Virus record (IMG/VR): IMGVR_UViG_3300029267_002792
Strand: one strand, 5' to 3'
DNA: 64,000 nt
DNA from: a virus
The stretch's first letter is position 1; each line of letters opens with the position of its first letter. Shown piece by piece: positions 47,259 through 55,445 of the stretch. The notes beneath the pieces were generated by a model. The model made no database searches and was not told where the DNA came from. It worked only from the letters and a program-made list of their open reading frames with translations. The position numbers were made by a program, and so were the translations under genes.

Positions 47259-48391
47259 GGTAGCTCCGTGATCACGTGGAAGACTCCGTGGTGCTCGATC
47301 TCGAAGTCACCTTCTGGAAGGTCCCGAAGAGAGTCGCGGACAGTTCCCGGTGGCGCGTAAGGCAGCTGGGGCAGGTTCGGTCGGCGTCGATGGATGTGGA
47401 TGACGGCCTTGGCCCGAGGGTTGGCTTTGAAGATCTTGTCGAGAAGGGGCGCGTTGAGGCTGGCCTTGCCCTGGATGCTGTGGACGCGCCGGAAAGGATG
47501 AACCACCTCGGCCACGTGAACGAACTCACTGAGGTCCTTCTTACCTCGTTTCGAGCAGATAAAGCCGTTGTTGACCGAGCGAACGGCTACGCACCCAAAC
47601 AAGTGATCACCTTGAGCGCGTCCGTACTGCTCCATCTCGGAGCGGAACCGATCGACCAAGGTACGGTACCGCCTAACCGCCCTTCGCATGATTCGCGCCA
47701 CGACCGTGACTGGCTGGTTGTCAGGAACCTCATAGCTGTACGTCTGCACCGTCTTATAGTGCTGGTCCCTGGCCATGGTGTTGAGAACTCCGGCCAACTC
47801 CTCCACGTTGATTTCGATGACGGACCGCTCCTTGGTCACGAGGAGCTTGCGGTCCAGGTTTGCCCGATCGTTCGCTACGACGAGGTCGGCTTTCGCTTCA
47901 AGGGCGACTGTATAGGCGGCCCGCACCAGTTCCTCGTCTCTCACGCCCTGGAGAAGCTTGAATCCGATGAGGGTACAATAAGGGTTGGCCTCCTTCACGA
48001 GGTTGATGACACGAGGAGCAACACGGAAAGGGATGTTGACGAGGTCGCCCTCCTTGTAGGCATGGCTGGGGAACTTCTCGTCCAGCGTCCAGGCTTTTGG
48101 TTCCGGAACCAAGTTCGCTACAGCTGCTCCGAGCACGAGCATGTCGTACTTGGGCGCCAGCATCTCGATCCGTTCCATGTAGTCCACAAAGCCGTCGTGT
48201 GTGGACACAGGGACCCGTAACTTGTGGGGAGGAATTGTATGCTTCGACGTGAGGTACGTGACCTCGTGGTTGTAGGTCTCGAGGGCCTTCGCCAGCGCGG
48301 CCATCCGCGTTCCCCGAAACTGGTTGGTCACGATCTTGACCGCATCCAGCTTCGCGTGGACGGGTCCCCCGCTCACTAAAATCTTCGCCAT
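47255..48391 (-). CDS. CoaB-like ligase fused to class II aldolase-like domain
   Basis: ILVSGGP...LDAVKIVTN...G, GAAVAN, LIGFKL, VVAND; C-terminal NP..KAVIHIH...HHG. Confidence 0.72.
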   Translation of the reverse strand: MAKILVSGGPVHAKLDAVKIVTNQFRGTRMAALAKALETYNHEVTYLTSKHTIPPHKLRVPVSTHDGFVDYMERIEMLAPKYDMLVLGAAVANLVPEPKAWTLDEKFPSHAYKEGDLVNIPFRVAPRVINLVKEANPYCTLIGFKLLQGVRDEELVRAAYTVALEAKADLVVANDRANLDRKLLVTKERSVIEINVEELAGVLNTMARDQHYKTVQTYSYEVPDNQPVTVVARIMRRAVRRYRTLVDRFRSEMEQYGRAQGDHLFGCVAVRSVNNGFICSKRGKKDLSEFVHVAEVVHPFRRVHSIQGKASLNAPLLDKIFKANPRAKAVIHIHRRRPNLPQLPYAPPGTVRDSLRDLPEGDFEIEHHGVFHVITELP

Positions 48392-48400
48392 GACTGCCCC

Positions 48401-49042
48401 CTACACCCAACGTCGGATGACTTTGTTGACTGCCAACCGGATTTCTTCCGTTTGGACTTGCGTGAGGGAGTTGGGGCGATCGTTCGAGTACACAGCCACG
48501 ACCGGGTCTCCCGACGGAAGAGTGATCAGCTTCCAGCGGAGATCGAGGCCGTAAATGTTCAGGGGGCCAGGATGCGCGGATGCCGCTGCGTGGTCGAGCC
48601 CGCATCCTCGGCAGTGGCCCATGAGTAGATCGATCTCCGCCCCACAGTGGATGCAGTGTGTCCTGCACCACTCGCACTCCCCCTCATTGCCACATGTGCA
48701 CGCGCCCGAAGGATGGAGAGTAGCGTCGGTAATCGCTTTCTTTTCCTCAGAGCGTTGCTCTAGGCGGTTGACGACGTCCAGGAGGTCGGTCTTCTTCACG
48801 TCGTCCTCCCGAGGCTTGACGGGCCGTCCTAGGACGTGGGTGGCCAACGCCAGAACGGCCCGGGCCATGGCCTGCACGATATCCTCCCCCTCCTCGTGAT
48901 GCGAAACAACCTTCAGCGACGCTAGCTGCCCCGTCAGTTCAGTTCGGATGTCAGCGCTCTCATCAGTGCTCAACGCGGCGTCCGCGATCTTGATCGTCGC
49001 TCGGACAATCCCGTCCAACAAGTTGAAGGTAGCTGGGTTCAT
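48401..49042 (-). CDS. hypothetical protein with Cys cluster
   Basis: 213-aa ORF downstream of a promoter. Confidence 0.5.
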   Translation of the reverse strand: MNPATFNLLDGIVRATIKIADAALSTDESADIRTELTGQLASLKVVSHHEEGEDIVQAMARAVLALATHVLGRPVKPREDDVKKTDLLDVVNRLEQRSEEKKAITDATLHPSGACTCGNEGECEWCRTHCIHCGAEIDLLMGHCRGCGLDHAAASAHPGPLNIYGLDLRWKLITLPSGDPVVAVYSNDRPNSLTQVQTEEIRLAVNKVIRRWV

Positions 49043-49081
49043 GGGCTCCTCTCCTAGCAGGGTCTACCCGCTCGCACACCT

Positions 49082-49110
49082 AAGGTATGCTATTGACAGA
49101 AAAATGTCAA
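49082..49110 (-). promoter_or_regulatory. sigma70-like promoter
   Basis: TTGACA-N17-TACCTT; -35 is part of the palindrome TTGACA-N6-TGTCAA. Confidence 0.5.
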
Positions 49111-49280
49111 GGACAAAGTGGGTTGCGTTTCCGCCACCCGTCGAAGTCGAGCCACTTCAGGTAGGCACTCCCACACCGCGGACAGATCGGGTGTACGACT
49201 TTGCTGGGCTCCCCTCGATCGGGCACTTTGAGCCACTCGTGTTGACACTTCAGGCACAAGTAGTGGGCCGGCTCAACCAC
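49107..49280 (-). CDS. 57-aa Zn-ribbon protein (below ORF-track cutoff)
   Basis: Hand-translated: YLCLKCQHEW...CPRCGS. Confidence 0.5.
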   Translation of the reverse strand: MVEPAHYLCLKCQHEWLKVPDRGEPSKVVHPICPRCGSAYLKWLDFDGWRKRNPLCP

Positions 49281-49283
49281 TCG

Positions 49284-49928
49284 CTAGCGTCTTCGTGTCC
49301 GGGAGTGGATACGGCGTTTCAGGTCTCGCGCTTTCTTCTTCGGTAGGTAGTCGATCAAAAGCTTCCCCTCAAGGTGATCGAACTCGTGCTGAATAGCCCT
49401 AGCCATGTCAGCACCGCACCCCATAGCGTACGGTTTGCCGCGGTGGTCGCAGGCCTTGAGGATTACGCTGGCGGGTCTAGTGATCAGCTCCACGACGTCG
49501 GGGAAAGATAGGCAGCGTTCAGCGTCACGTCGGGTCTTTCCTGGAACGACCCAGACCTTCGGGTTGACAGCGACCAAGAGCTGGTTCGCCGGTCTCCCCT
49601 TCTGAGGCGGTTGGCCGTTCAGGATGTCAAGGACGAAGACCCGTTCCGGGTCTCCGATCTGCGGGGCTGCCAGACCTACGCCTCCAATTGCGTACATCGT
49701 CGTGGCGAGGTCTGCCACGAGCTTTCGGATGCGGTCGTCGAAGTCGATGACCTCGGCCGCTGGCTCTCGCAGGCGCGCGTTGGGGTAGACTAAGATCGGA
49801 CACACGACACCGTCGCTGCAATCCTGGAGCAACTCCGGCGAAGGCGGTCCGAGTCCTTCAGTCTCGGCCGCCATGACGGCCAGATCGTCGCCCATCTGTT
49901 CTTTCAACGCTTGACTAGGGGTTTTCAT
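49284..49928 (-). CDS. def: peptide deformylase
   Basis: GVGLAAPQIG, ERCLSFP, QHEFDHL. Confidence 0.9.
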   Translation of the reverse strand: MKTPSQALKEQMGDDLAVMAAETEGLGPPSPELLQDCSDGVVCPILVYPNARLREPAAEVIDFDDRIRKLVADLATTMYAIGGVGLAAPQIGDPERVFVLDILNGQPPQKGRPANQLLVAVNPKVWVVPGKTRRDAERCLSFPDVVELITRPASVILKACDHRGKPYAMGCGADMARAIQHEFDHLEGKLLIDYLPKKKARDLKRRIHSRTRRR

Positions 49929-50044
49929 TCTCGTCTCCAGCCCACAGACCGCTATCGTTGCTCGTCTCGGTCCTTCAGCAGTCCCACTACGTCCGAGATC
50001 GCTAGTACAGCGATCACTCCAGCCACCACCAACGCTTCCATCAC

Positions 50045-50368
50045 CTAAGCACCCTCCACAGTCAGCTCCGCCACATCCGATATGACGGGAGCGGTAGGAA
50101 CCCGAGCCCGCCATTGTAGTACGACCTCATCACCATCAGTCAGGAGTGCCTCGCGCGTGCATGTGAACACATCCCTCAGACCATCAGCCAGCACTATCTC
50201 ATCCGGGCCTCGTCGGACGATGAGCCTTGCTTCACCGTCGGCGTAGTCGAACACAGCCCTCACCTTGCAAACTGCCTCACTCCCGGCCCACTCGATCACG
50301 ATGTCATCCGCCCAGGTAACGATCGGTCGTACTTGTCTTTCGCTCCGAACCACTGTGTATCGCTTCAT
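50045..50368 (-). CDS. hypothetical protein
   Basis: 107-aa ORF. Confidence 0.45.
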   Translation of the reverse strand: MKRYTVVRSERQVRPIVTWADDIVIEWAGSEAVCKVRAVFDYADGEARLIVRRGPDEIVLADGLRDVFTCTREALLTDGDEVVLQWRARVPTAPVISDVAELTVEGA

Positions 50369-50389
50369 GGGACGATCCTAGCCTGTATT

Positions 50390-50806
50390 TTAGCTAGGTT
50401 CCAACTGCCCTCGCACGGGAGGGCGAACGATCTGTAGACGGTCGGCAGCCTCACGGACGGGGGCCATATTTGCCCCGTACCCCCACAGGTCTCCCCTGCA
50501 GTACCACTCTGGCCACTCGAAAAGGGCTCGCGACAGCTGCTTGTTGAACATGACGAAGTCCCGAAAGCATTCGACAAGGCCTTTCAACGTGCCCCCGTGA
50601 TGGAAAGTCGACCACGGCCCGTTGCGGTGCGTGTATGTTCGATCGCCCCGCCAAGAGTCTACGAACCAGAGACGTTCCCGCTCGTCTAGTTCCAGCCAAC
50701 ACGTGATGCCTTCGTAACAGAAAAACTTCCGGCCGTGAGACGCAATGACGTGGATCAGCTCATTGACCCGTTCTAGTCGCTCTTCACGCTCTTCTCGCCG
50801 TCCCAT
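50390..50806 (-). CDS. hypothetical phage protein
   Basis: 138-aa aromatic-rich ORF. Confidence 0.55.
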   Translation of the reverse strand: MGRREEREERLERVNELIHVIASHGRKFFCYEGITCWLELDERERLWFVDSWRGDRTYTHRNGPWSTFHHGGTLKGLVECFRDFVMFNKQLSRALFEWPEWYCRGDLWGYGANMAPVREAADRLQIVRPPVRGQLEPS

Positions 50807-50807
50807 C

Positions 50808-51980
50808 CTACCGGTCCTCCTCCGAGTTCATTCCCGGCGTGAACTCTGCCTCTCCACACCTGGGGCAGAACTGTACCCCAGCTGGCACTCGCACGTGGCA
50901 GTGCTTGCAGACCTCGTAGTGCGTAGTCGCTGAAGGTGGTTTTGGCTCGGGCTCTCGGGCCTCCAACTCGGCCACACGCTTCTCTAGCTTCCGGACGGTG
51001 ATTGCGAGCTTGTAACCGGGTATGGTCTGAGCGACGTAGTTCATGACTGCATCCACCTGAGGGCTCTTGACATCCCCAACCACAGACCTCGGAACGCCGA
51101 CGGCCGAGGCGAGGTTGACGAAGTGTGCCTTCCAGTCGAAGGCTTGTCCTGCGTCTCCCTCGCGCAGCTTCTCCAAGGTGGACTCCAGGTAGTTGACTTT
51201 GGCTTCTAGAGAGGCCTTCTTGGCCTCCCACGCGCTGAGAGCTTGCTCGTGGTCGGTAGCGTTCTCCTCCATGCAGCCGATCAGTCGACGAACGTTGTCG
51301 GCGAACCCGTAAGGGCACTTCCCTTCACCGGGCTCATACCCAAGAGCGGCTCGAACGAGGTTGTCCGCCTCGACCACCTGATCCCGGAGCGTTGTCATGG
51401 CCAGCATGAGCGTGTCTCGCTCGGAGGCTGGGGCCTGTTCCTGCGTTTTCAGCTCTTTTACGAGGCTCGTGAGGTCCTGCCAGGAGGCACCAGCCGGCGC
51501 TCCCAGGGCTTCGGAGAGGTCGTTGCGTATCGTTTCAGTGGCCGTCTTCATGTCCTCGAGAGCGCGCTCTCGCAGATCGTTGTCCGAGCGCTCTTCGTCT
51601 TCTTGGGCCGGGCTTCCTACCAGTACCGCGACAGTACATTCAGCGCTGTGTTGGATTCTGTAGACGTAGCACCCGAAAAGATCGACACCTACTGCAGAGG
51701 GGTCAGCTCTCAAGCGAACAAACCCATCTTCGTGCTCCCCCCGTTCTAGAAGGTTGATCGAATTTCCTCGAATATCCACGTCCAAGACACCTCCACTCGG
51801 GTGCGGAATACCGAGCACGGAGATTTCGCAAGGAGCGACTAAGCCATGTCCGAGCGCATGGAAGGCGGTGAGCCCCTTTTCCACCCTCGCCAGCGTTTCT
51901 TTGTCACAGATCTCGAGGTCTTTGTTCGGGAAACGAATGTGGTAAATGTGGTAACAGCTCCCCTCAAGGTTGTCAGGCAT
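50808..51980 (-). CDS. coiled-coil protein with C-terminal Zn ribbon
   Basis: Heptad pattern; CKHC...CPRC. Confidence 0.55.
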   Translation of the reverse strand: MPDNLEGSCYHIYHIRFPNKDLEICDKETLARVEKGLTAFHALGHGLVAPCEISVLGIPHPSGGVLDVDIRGNSINLLERGEHEDGFVRLRADPSAVGVDLFGCYVYRIQHSAECTVAVLVGSPAQEDEERSDNDLRERALEDMKTATETIRNDLSEALGAPAGASWQDLTSLVKELKTQEQAPASERDTLMLAMTTLRDQVVEADNLVRAALGYEPGEGKCPYGFADNVRRLIGCMEENATDHEQALSAWEAKKASLEAKVNYLESTLEKLREGDAGQAFDWKAHFVNLASAVGVPRSVVGDVKSPQVDAVMNYVAQTIPGYKLAITVRKLEKRVAELEAREPEPKPPSATTHYEVCKHCHVRVPAGVQFCPRCGEAEFTPGMNSEEDR

Positions 51981-52509
51981 CGGGCTCCTCCGCGTTCTGA
52001 GCGACGAGTTCAAGTTCTTCGGTTTCTCCGGTAGAGTTCGCTGTCACGGCGCTCACCATGCAGCCAGAGAGCCGTAGCATCTGCGTAGGTCCCATCAACA
52101 GGACGTTGCCAGCGTCACCCTGGCAGGGCTTTATGGCCTCGACGAGAAGGTCAGCTTCTCCCGGCTCACCGTCCAGACACAGGATCTTCGAGTCGAGTAG
52201 CCCCAAGCCCAGGTTTTCCGACCCCTCCAGCCACTCAGCGACTTGATCTCGAAGGTCCCCGTTCTCGGGCAATTTCACTCGATACTTTGGAGATCCGGGG
52301 GCGACGTTCGGGTCGGCGTGGAACGATGGCGCGCTTCCAGGAACCATCGAAGGCAGAGGCTGGAATCGCGGGTCGACACCGGTCTTGGCTCGTGCAAGCT
52401 CTGCCGTCAGACGGTCGATGCGGTTCGCTGCTCGGGCCAGGCCCTCGGACAGGTCTTCATGCTCCTTTGCCATCGCGCGAAGCCACGCGGCAGTTCCAGG
52501 TGCGCTCAT
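51973..52509 (-). CDS. hypothetical protein
   Basis: 178-aa coupled ORF. Confidence 0.5.
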   Translation of the reverse strand: MSAPGTAAWLRAMAKEHEDLSEGLARAANRIDRLTAELARAKTGVDPRFQPLPSMVPGSAPSFHADPNVAPGSPKYRVKLPENGDLRDQVAEWLEGSENLGLGLLDSKILCLDGEPGEADLLVEAIKPCQGDAGNVLLMGPTQMLRLSGCMVSAVTANSTGETEELELVAQNAEEPDA

Positions 52510-53021
52510 CTCGTACCTCCAACGCCTGCCTTTGGAGGGATTTCATCTCCCTCCATGAGGGAGTGCAGGCGCAACCGTGTCCGGGGGTGCAGCTCGATCT
52601 TGCGATGGTTTTTCGCGTACCACGGTCCCAGCTTCTCGAACCCCTGAGCCTTTCCGGCTCCCCGCCAGTCGGCCAACATCTCGCGGACGAACTTCTCTGG
52701 CATCGGAAGCAGCTTCGTCCCGCCGTCGTCTTCGCGGAGGCGCCAATACTGCCAGTGGTGAGGATTGCGGTGCTGGTATCGAAGCCACGCCGCGTCGAAT
52801 GCGGCCTCGACCTCTGGCGGAGCTTTGTACCCGGGCGGTACGTCCCCCTTGCAGCGCCATTCTCCGTTGAAGTAGTTGACGTAGGGTACCCATTCGTCGG
52901 GGCGGAACTTCGACAGGTCGTGAAGGAGACCTCGCAGGGGAATGCCGAGCTTCACGCACTCGACGAAGACGAACCAACGGTGGCGGATCACGTACGATGC
53001 GTATTTGGTGTGCTTTCTCAT
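52506..53021 (-). CDS. HD-like protein (DUF5662-like)
   Basis: HRWFV, LLHDLSKF, HRNPHHWQYW, EMLADW. Confidence 0.65.
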   Translation of the reverse strand: MRKHTKYASYVIRHRWFVFVECVKLGIPLRGLLHDLSKFRPDEWVPYVNYFNGEWRCKGDVPPGYKAPPEVEAAFDAAWLRYQHRNPHHWQYWRLREDDGGTKLLPMPEKFVREMLADWRGAGKAQGFEKLGPWYAKNHRKIELHPRTRLRLHSLMEGDEIPPKAGVGGTR

Positions 53022-53023
53022 GT

Positions 53024-53257
53024 CTATTCCACTTCCTCGATATCCCGAACTCGTCCGAACTTGAAGACGACCCTCATGTCCCGATACCACTCGATACCGC
53101 AGTCTCCACACACGAACGAGGCATTCATCGCGTTGCCGCCTACCTCGTCCTCATCCAGCTCATACTGGCCCCAGTCCTCGAAGACCTCTTCACCGCACCG
53201 TGGACACTTGTCTTCCAGGAGGCAGTGTTGGACGTGCAGCTCACTTAGCTTGGCCAT
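53024..53257 (-). CDS. small Zn-finger protein
   Basis: CPRC...CGDC. Confidence 0.5.
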   Translation of the reverse strand: MAKLSELHVQHCLLEDKCPRCGEEVFEDWGQYELDEDEVGGNAMNASFVCGDCGIEWYRDMRVVFKFGRVRDIEEVE

Positions 53258-53672
53258 TGTGGCGCTCCTCGGCGTAGTGATTGAAAAGCTCCTGTATGTC
53301 GTCGATCGGTCCCTTCTCCGGACCGTTGTAGATCGTGTAACCGTTTCTCTCCAACCATGAGAGGAAGTGCAGGAGAACGTCCGCGCGCTCGGTTGCTATT
53401 GTCTTGGCCACGTCCTCAAGGTGTTCGCTTCCGATGGGCTTGAGATCGCCCTCGATTGTGGCGGTCGCCAAGGCGTCTGCGATGGCCGTGAGATGTATTG
53501 AGAGTGTATTGGACAGGATCGAAACGAGCTGACCTCCCCCCATCCCGTCATTGGGTACGATAGCGAGGGCTTCCAAGGACTCGGAGGTGCCGCCTCCCCA
53601 GTCGAGGAACAAGGTTCCGTGACCTTCAGGCTCTTCACGCAATACCAATGTGATCCGGTGATGGGTGTACAT
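53241..53672 (-). CDS. hypothetical protein
   Basis: First gene after the leftward promoter. Confidence 0.5.
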   Translation of the reverse strand: MYTHHRITLVLREEPEGHGTLFLDWGGGTSESLEALAIVPNDGMGGGQLVSILSNTLSIHLTAIADALATATIEGDLKPIGSEHLEDVAKTIATERADVLLHFLSWLERNGYTIYNGPEKGPIDDIQELFNHYAEERHNGQAK

Positions 53673-53713
53673 GCTACCTCCTCCTTCGGAGCCGTTGCCC
53701 CGACGACCCCTAC

Positions 53714-53801
53714 CACATAACCCGGAATTGTTAGCGGTGTCAATAGCAATCGTCCCCGGAGCTGAAAGGTGGTTGACAATGCCTCCGCTTGTTGGTAATC
53801 T
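53714..53801. promoter_or_regulatory. divergent promoter pair at the strand switch
   Basis: Leftward TTGACA-N17-TTATGT; rightward TTGACA(53773)-N17-TAATCT. Confidence 0.55.
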
Positions 53802-53818
53802 CCAGAGCGTGAATCAGA

Positions 53819-53929
53819 TGCCGATATTCCAGTCGGTGGCACTGCGTGAGAGCGCGGTGTTCTTGCCTCGTCTCGAACGAGGAACTCATGTGTGTGGAGG
53901 AGAACCGTTTTTTTTCGGCTCAGCGTGGC
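53819..53929 (+). repeat. CRISPR leader copy 2
   Basis: Exact reverse complement of 37371-37481. Confidence 0.9.
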
Positions 53930-54010
53930 GCACGCGCGGGGATGGACCGGAGTACACGATGGACCAGAGATTTGCAGAGCAGGTTCCCCCGCACGCGTGG
54001 GGATGGTCTT
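53930..54010 (+). CRISPR. single-spacer mini-array
   Basis: 5'-truncated repeat GCACGCGCGGGGATGGACCG, 32-nt spacer, repeat GGTTCCCCCGCACGCGTGGGGATGGTCTT. Confidence 0.82.
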
Positions 54011-54193
54011 CCACGGAAGAGCGATCTCCCTCCCCGGGCACGGTGAACGGAGTACTGATAAGTACGTTCCAAGGAGCGGCGAAAAAGTGTCTGGGAGGCG
54101 CATTTTTTACTTGACTCTAGGGTTTGCGCTTGACACTCTGAACTCAGCGCACGGGAGTTAGGTTTTAGCTCAGAGCACCCGATAGAGCAGACA

Positions 54194-54334
54194 ATGACAC
54201 GGCAAGAACAGCGCAGGTTGAAGCATGCTAACGGAGGGTATCGACCGTCATGGTTGTGTATACCCTCCTGCGGCGCGAATACCGTCGTGACTTTTGCCGC
54301 CGATATTACGCTCCAGGAGGGTAGCCCAGGGTAG
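54194..54334 (+). CDS. putative 46-aa attenuator leader peptide
   Basis: MTRQEQRRLKHANGGYRPSWLCIPSCGANTVVTFAADITLQEGSPG; 42 distinct codons; stop abuts antiterminator; SD weak. Confidence 0.65.
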   Translation: MTRQEQRRLKHANGGYRPSWLCIPSCGANTVVTFAADITLQEGSPG

Positions 54335-54401
54335 CGGCTTTCGCACAAACGCAACATCCGCGAAAGCCGCCCCGGGAAGCCGAGGCGGCTTTTGACGTTT
54401 T
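54334..54401 (+). terminator. antiterminator/terminator switch before tRNA array
   Basis: GCGGCTTTCGC pairs with GCGAAAGCCGC, which alternatively pairs with GGCGGCTTTT followed by GACGTTTTT. Confidence 0.75.
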
Positions 54402-54437
54402 TGGGATTGAAGGTTTGGAGTTTGAAGTAGGACAACT

Positions 54438-54509
54438 GGGTCGCTAGCTCAATTGGCAGAGCAGCAGGCTTTTACCCTGAAGGTTCCCGGATCGTTGCCG
54501 GGGCGGCCC
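54438..54509 (+). tRNA. tRNA-Lys(UUU), atypical T arm
   Basis: GCAGG-CTTTTAC-CCTGA; T loop ATCGTTG. Confidence 0.65.
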
Positions 54510-54620
54510 ACCGATCGAGAACGAGACTCGCTAGGAGTCTCTCGGCGACGGCCGCTCGCTCTGTGACAACTGAGCATCTTCGACCCTGGGACTCTACCCA
54601 GGTCCCAGGGTCACTATTAT

Positions 54621-54692
54621 GGGTCTCTGGCGTAACGGCAGCGTCGCGGCCTCTTAAGCCGTCAGGTCCGGGTTCAAATCCCGGGGGACCCA
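54621..54692 (+). tRNA. tRNA-Lys(CUU)
   Basis: Cloverleaf, loop CTCTTAA. Confidence 0.88.
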
Positions 54693-54698
54693 CTGCAG

Positions 54699-54771
54699 GG
54701 GTCGGAAGTTCAGGAGGTAGAACGGCGGCCTGTTAAGCCGAGAGTTGTGGGTTCAAATCCCACCCGACCCG
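54699..54771 (+). tRNA. tRNA-Asn(GUU)
   Basis: Cloverleaf, loop CTGTTAA. Confidence 0.9.
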
Positions 54772-54775
54772 CGAT

Positions 54776-54848
54776 TGGGGTGTAGTTCAGTTGGCAGAAC
54801 GGCTGACTCTGGCTCAGCATGTCGGGGGTTCGAGTCCTCCCACCCCAA
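54776..54848 (+). tRNA. tRNA-Gln(CUG)
   Basis: Cloverleaf, loop CTCTGGC. Confidence 0.9.
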
Positions 54849-54850
54849 CC

Positions 54851-54977
54851 GATCCGAATGCTCGATGGGGAATACATCGTCTGATAAACGATCGAAGTAG
54901 GTTCGATTCCTACCAGCCCGAACTGCCGGGCTGCCAGGTTCGGGAGAAAAAACTTCTCCGTCATCCCTTGTCGGATC
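54851..54977 (+). ncRNA. Y-RNA-like Y1 with anticodon (GAU) and T arms
   Basis: CCGAATGC..GGGAATACAT...CTTGTCGG end pairing. Confidence 0.8.
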
Positions 54978-54981
54978 GATT

Positions 54982-55054
54982 ACCGGAGTAGCTCAACGGA
55001 AGAGCGGCGGACTTTGACTCCGCGTCAGCGTAGGTTCGACCCCTACCTCCGGTG
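54982..55054 (+). tRNA. tRNA-Gln(UUG)
   Basis: Cloverleaf, loop CTTTGAC. Confidence 0.88.
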
Positions 55055-55175
55055 CTAACCCGAAACCGAGCTTCAGAGCAACGGGCGGGGGCAGCGACCT
55101 TCGGGATGCTGCCACGTCTTCGAGAGACGCACACAGCGCCTCGTGCTACGGATACGCCCTGGCCGGAGACGTACT

Positions 55176-55247
55176 GGGTGACGCGCAGGGTACGCGGGCT
55201 GGTCTCCAAAACCGGCTGTCTGCTGAGTTCGATTCTCAGGTCGCCCG
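55176..55247 (+). tRNA. tRNA-Trp(CCA)
   Basis: Loop CTCCAAA; short D arm. Confidence 0.8.
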
Positions 55248-55249
55248 CT

Positions 55250-55366
55250 AGGCCGAATGCTTTGGTGGGAGTACATAGTCTAATTGGTAAAGACATTTGC
55301 CTTCTAAGCAAAGATTCCAGGTTCGAGTCCTGGTGTACACAAACTCTCATCGTCACTTGTCGGCCT
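55250..55366 (+). ncRNA. Y-RNA-like Y2 enclosing a whole tRNA-Arg(UCU)-like cloverleaf
   Basis: Y stem plus D, anticodon (CTTCTAA) and T arms in normal order. Confidence 0.8.
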
Positions 55367-55371
55367 TACTT

Positions 55372-55445
55372 GGGGCTACGGGCCAGGTGGAGTGGCCGCC
55401 TCCCTGTCACGGAGGAGATCGCGAGTTCGACTCTCGTTAGCCCCG
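55372..55445 (+). tRNA. tRNA-Asp(GUC)
   Basis: Cloverleaf, loop CTGTCAC. Confidence 0.9.

Noticed and set aside
53950-53981. Array-2 spacer reads EYTMDQRFAE, like EYDMDSSMAE in the DnaC-like gene
   Set aside because: 19/32 nt identity is not distinguishable from chance by eye; a database search is needed
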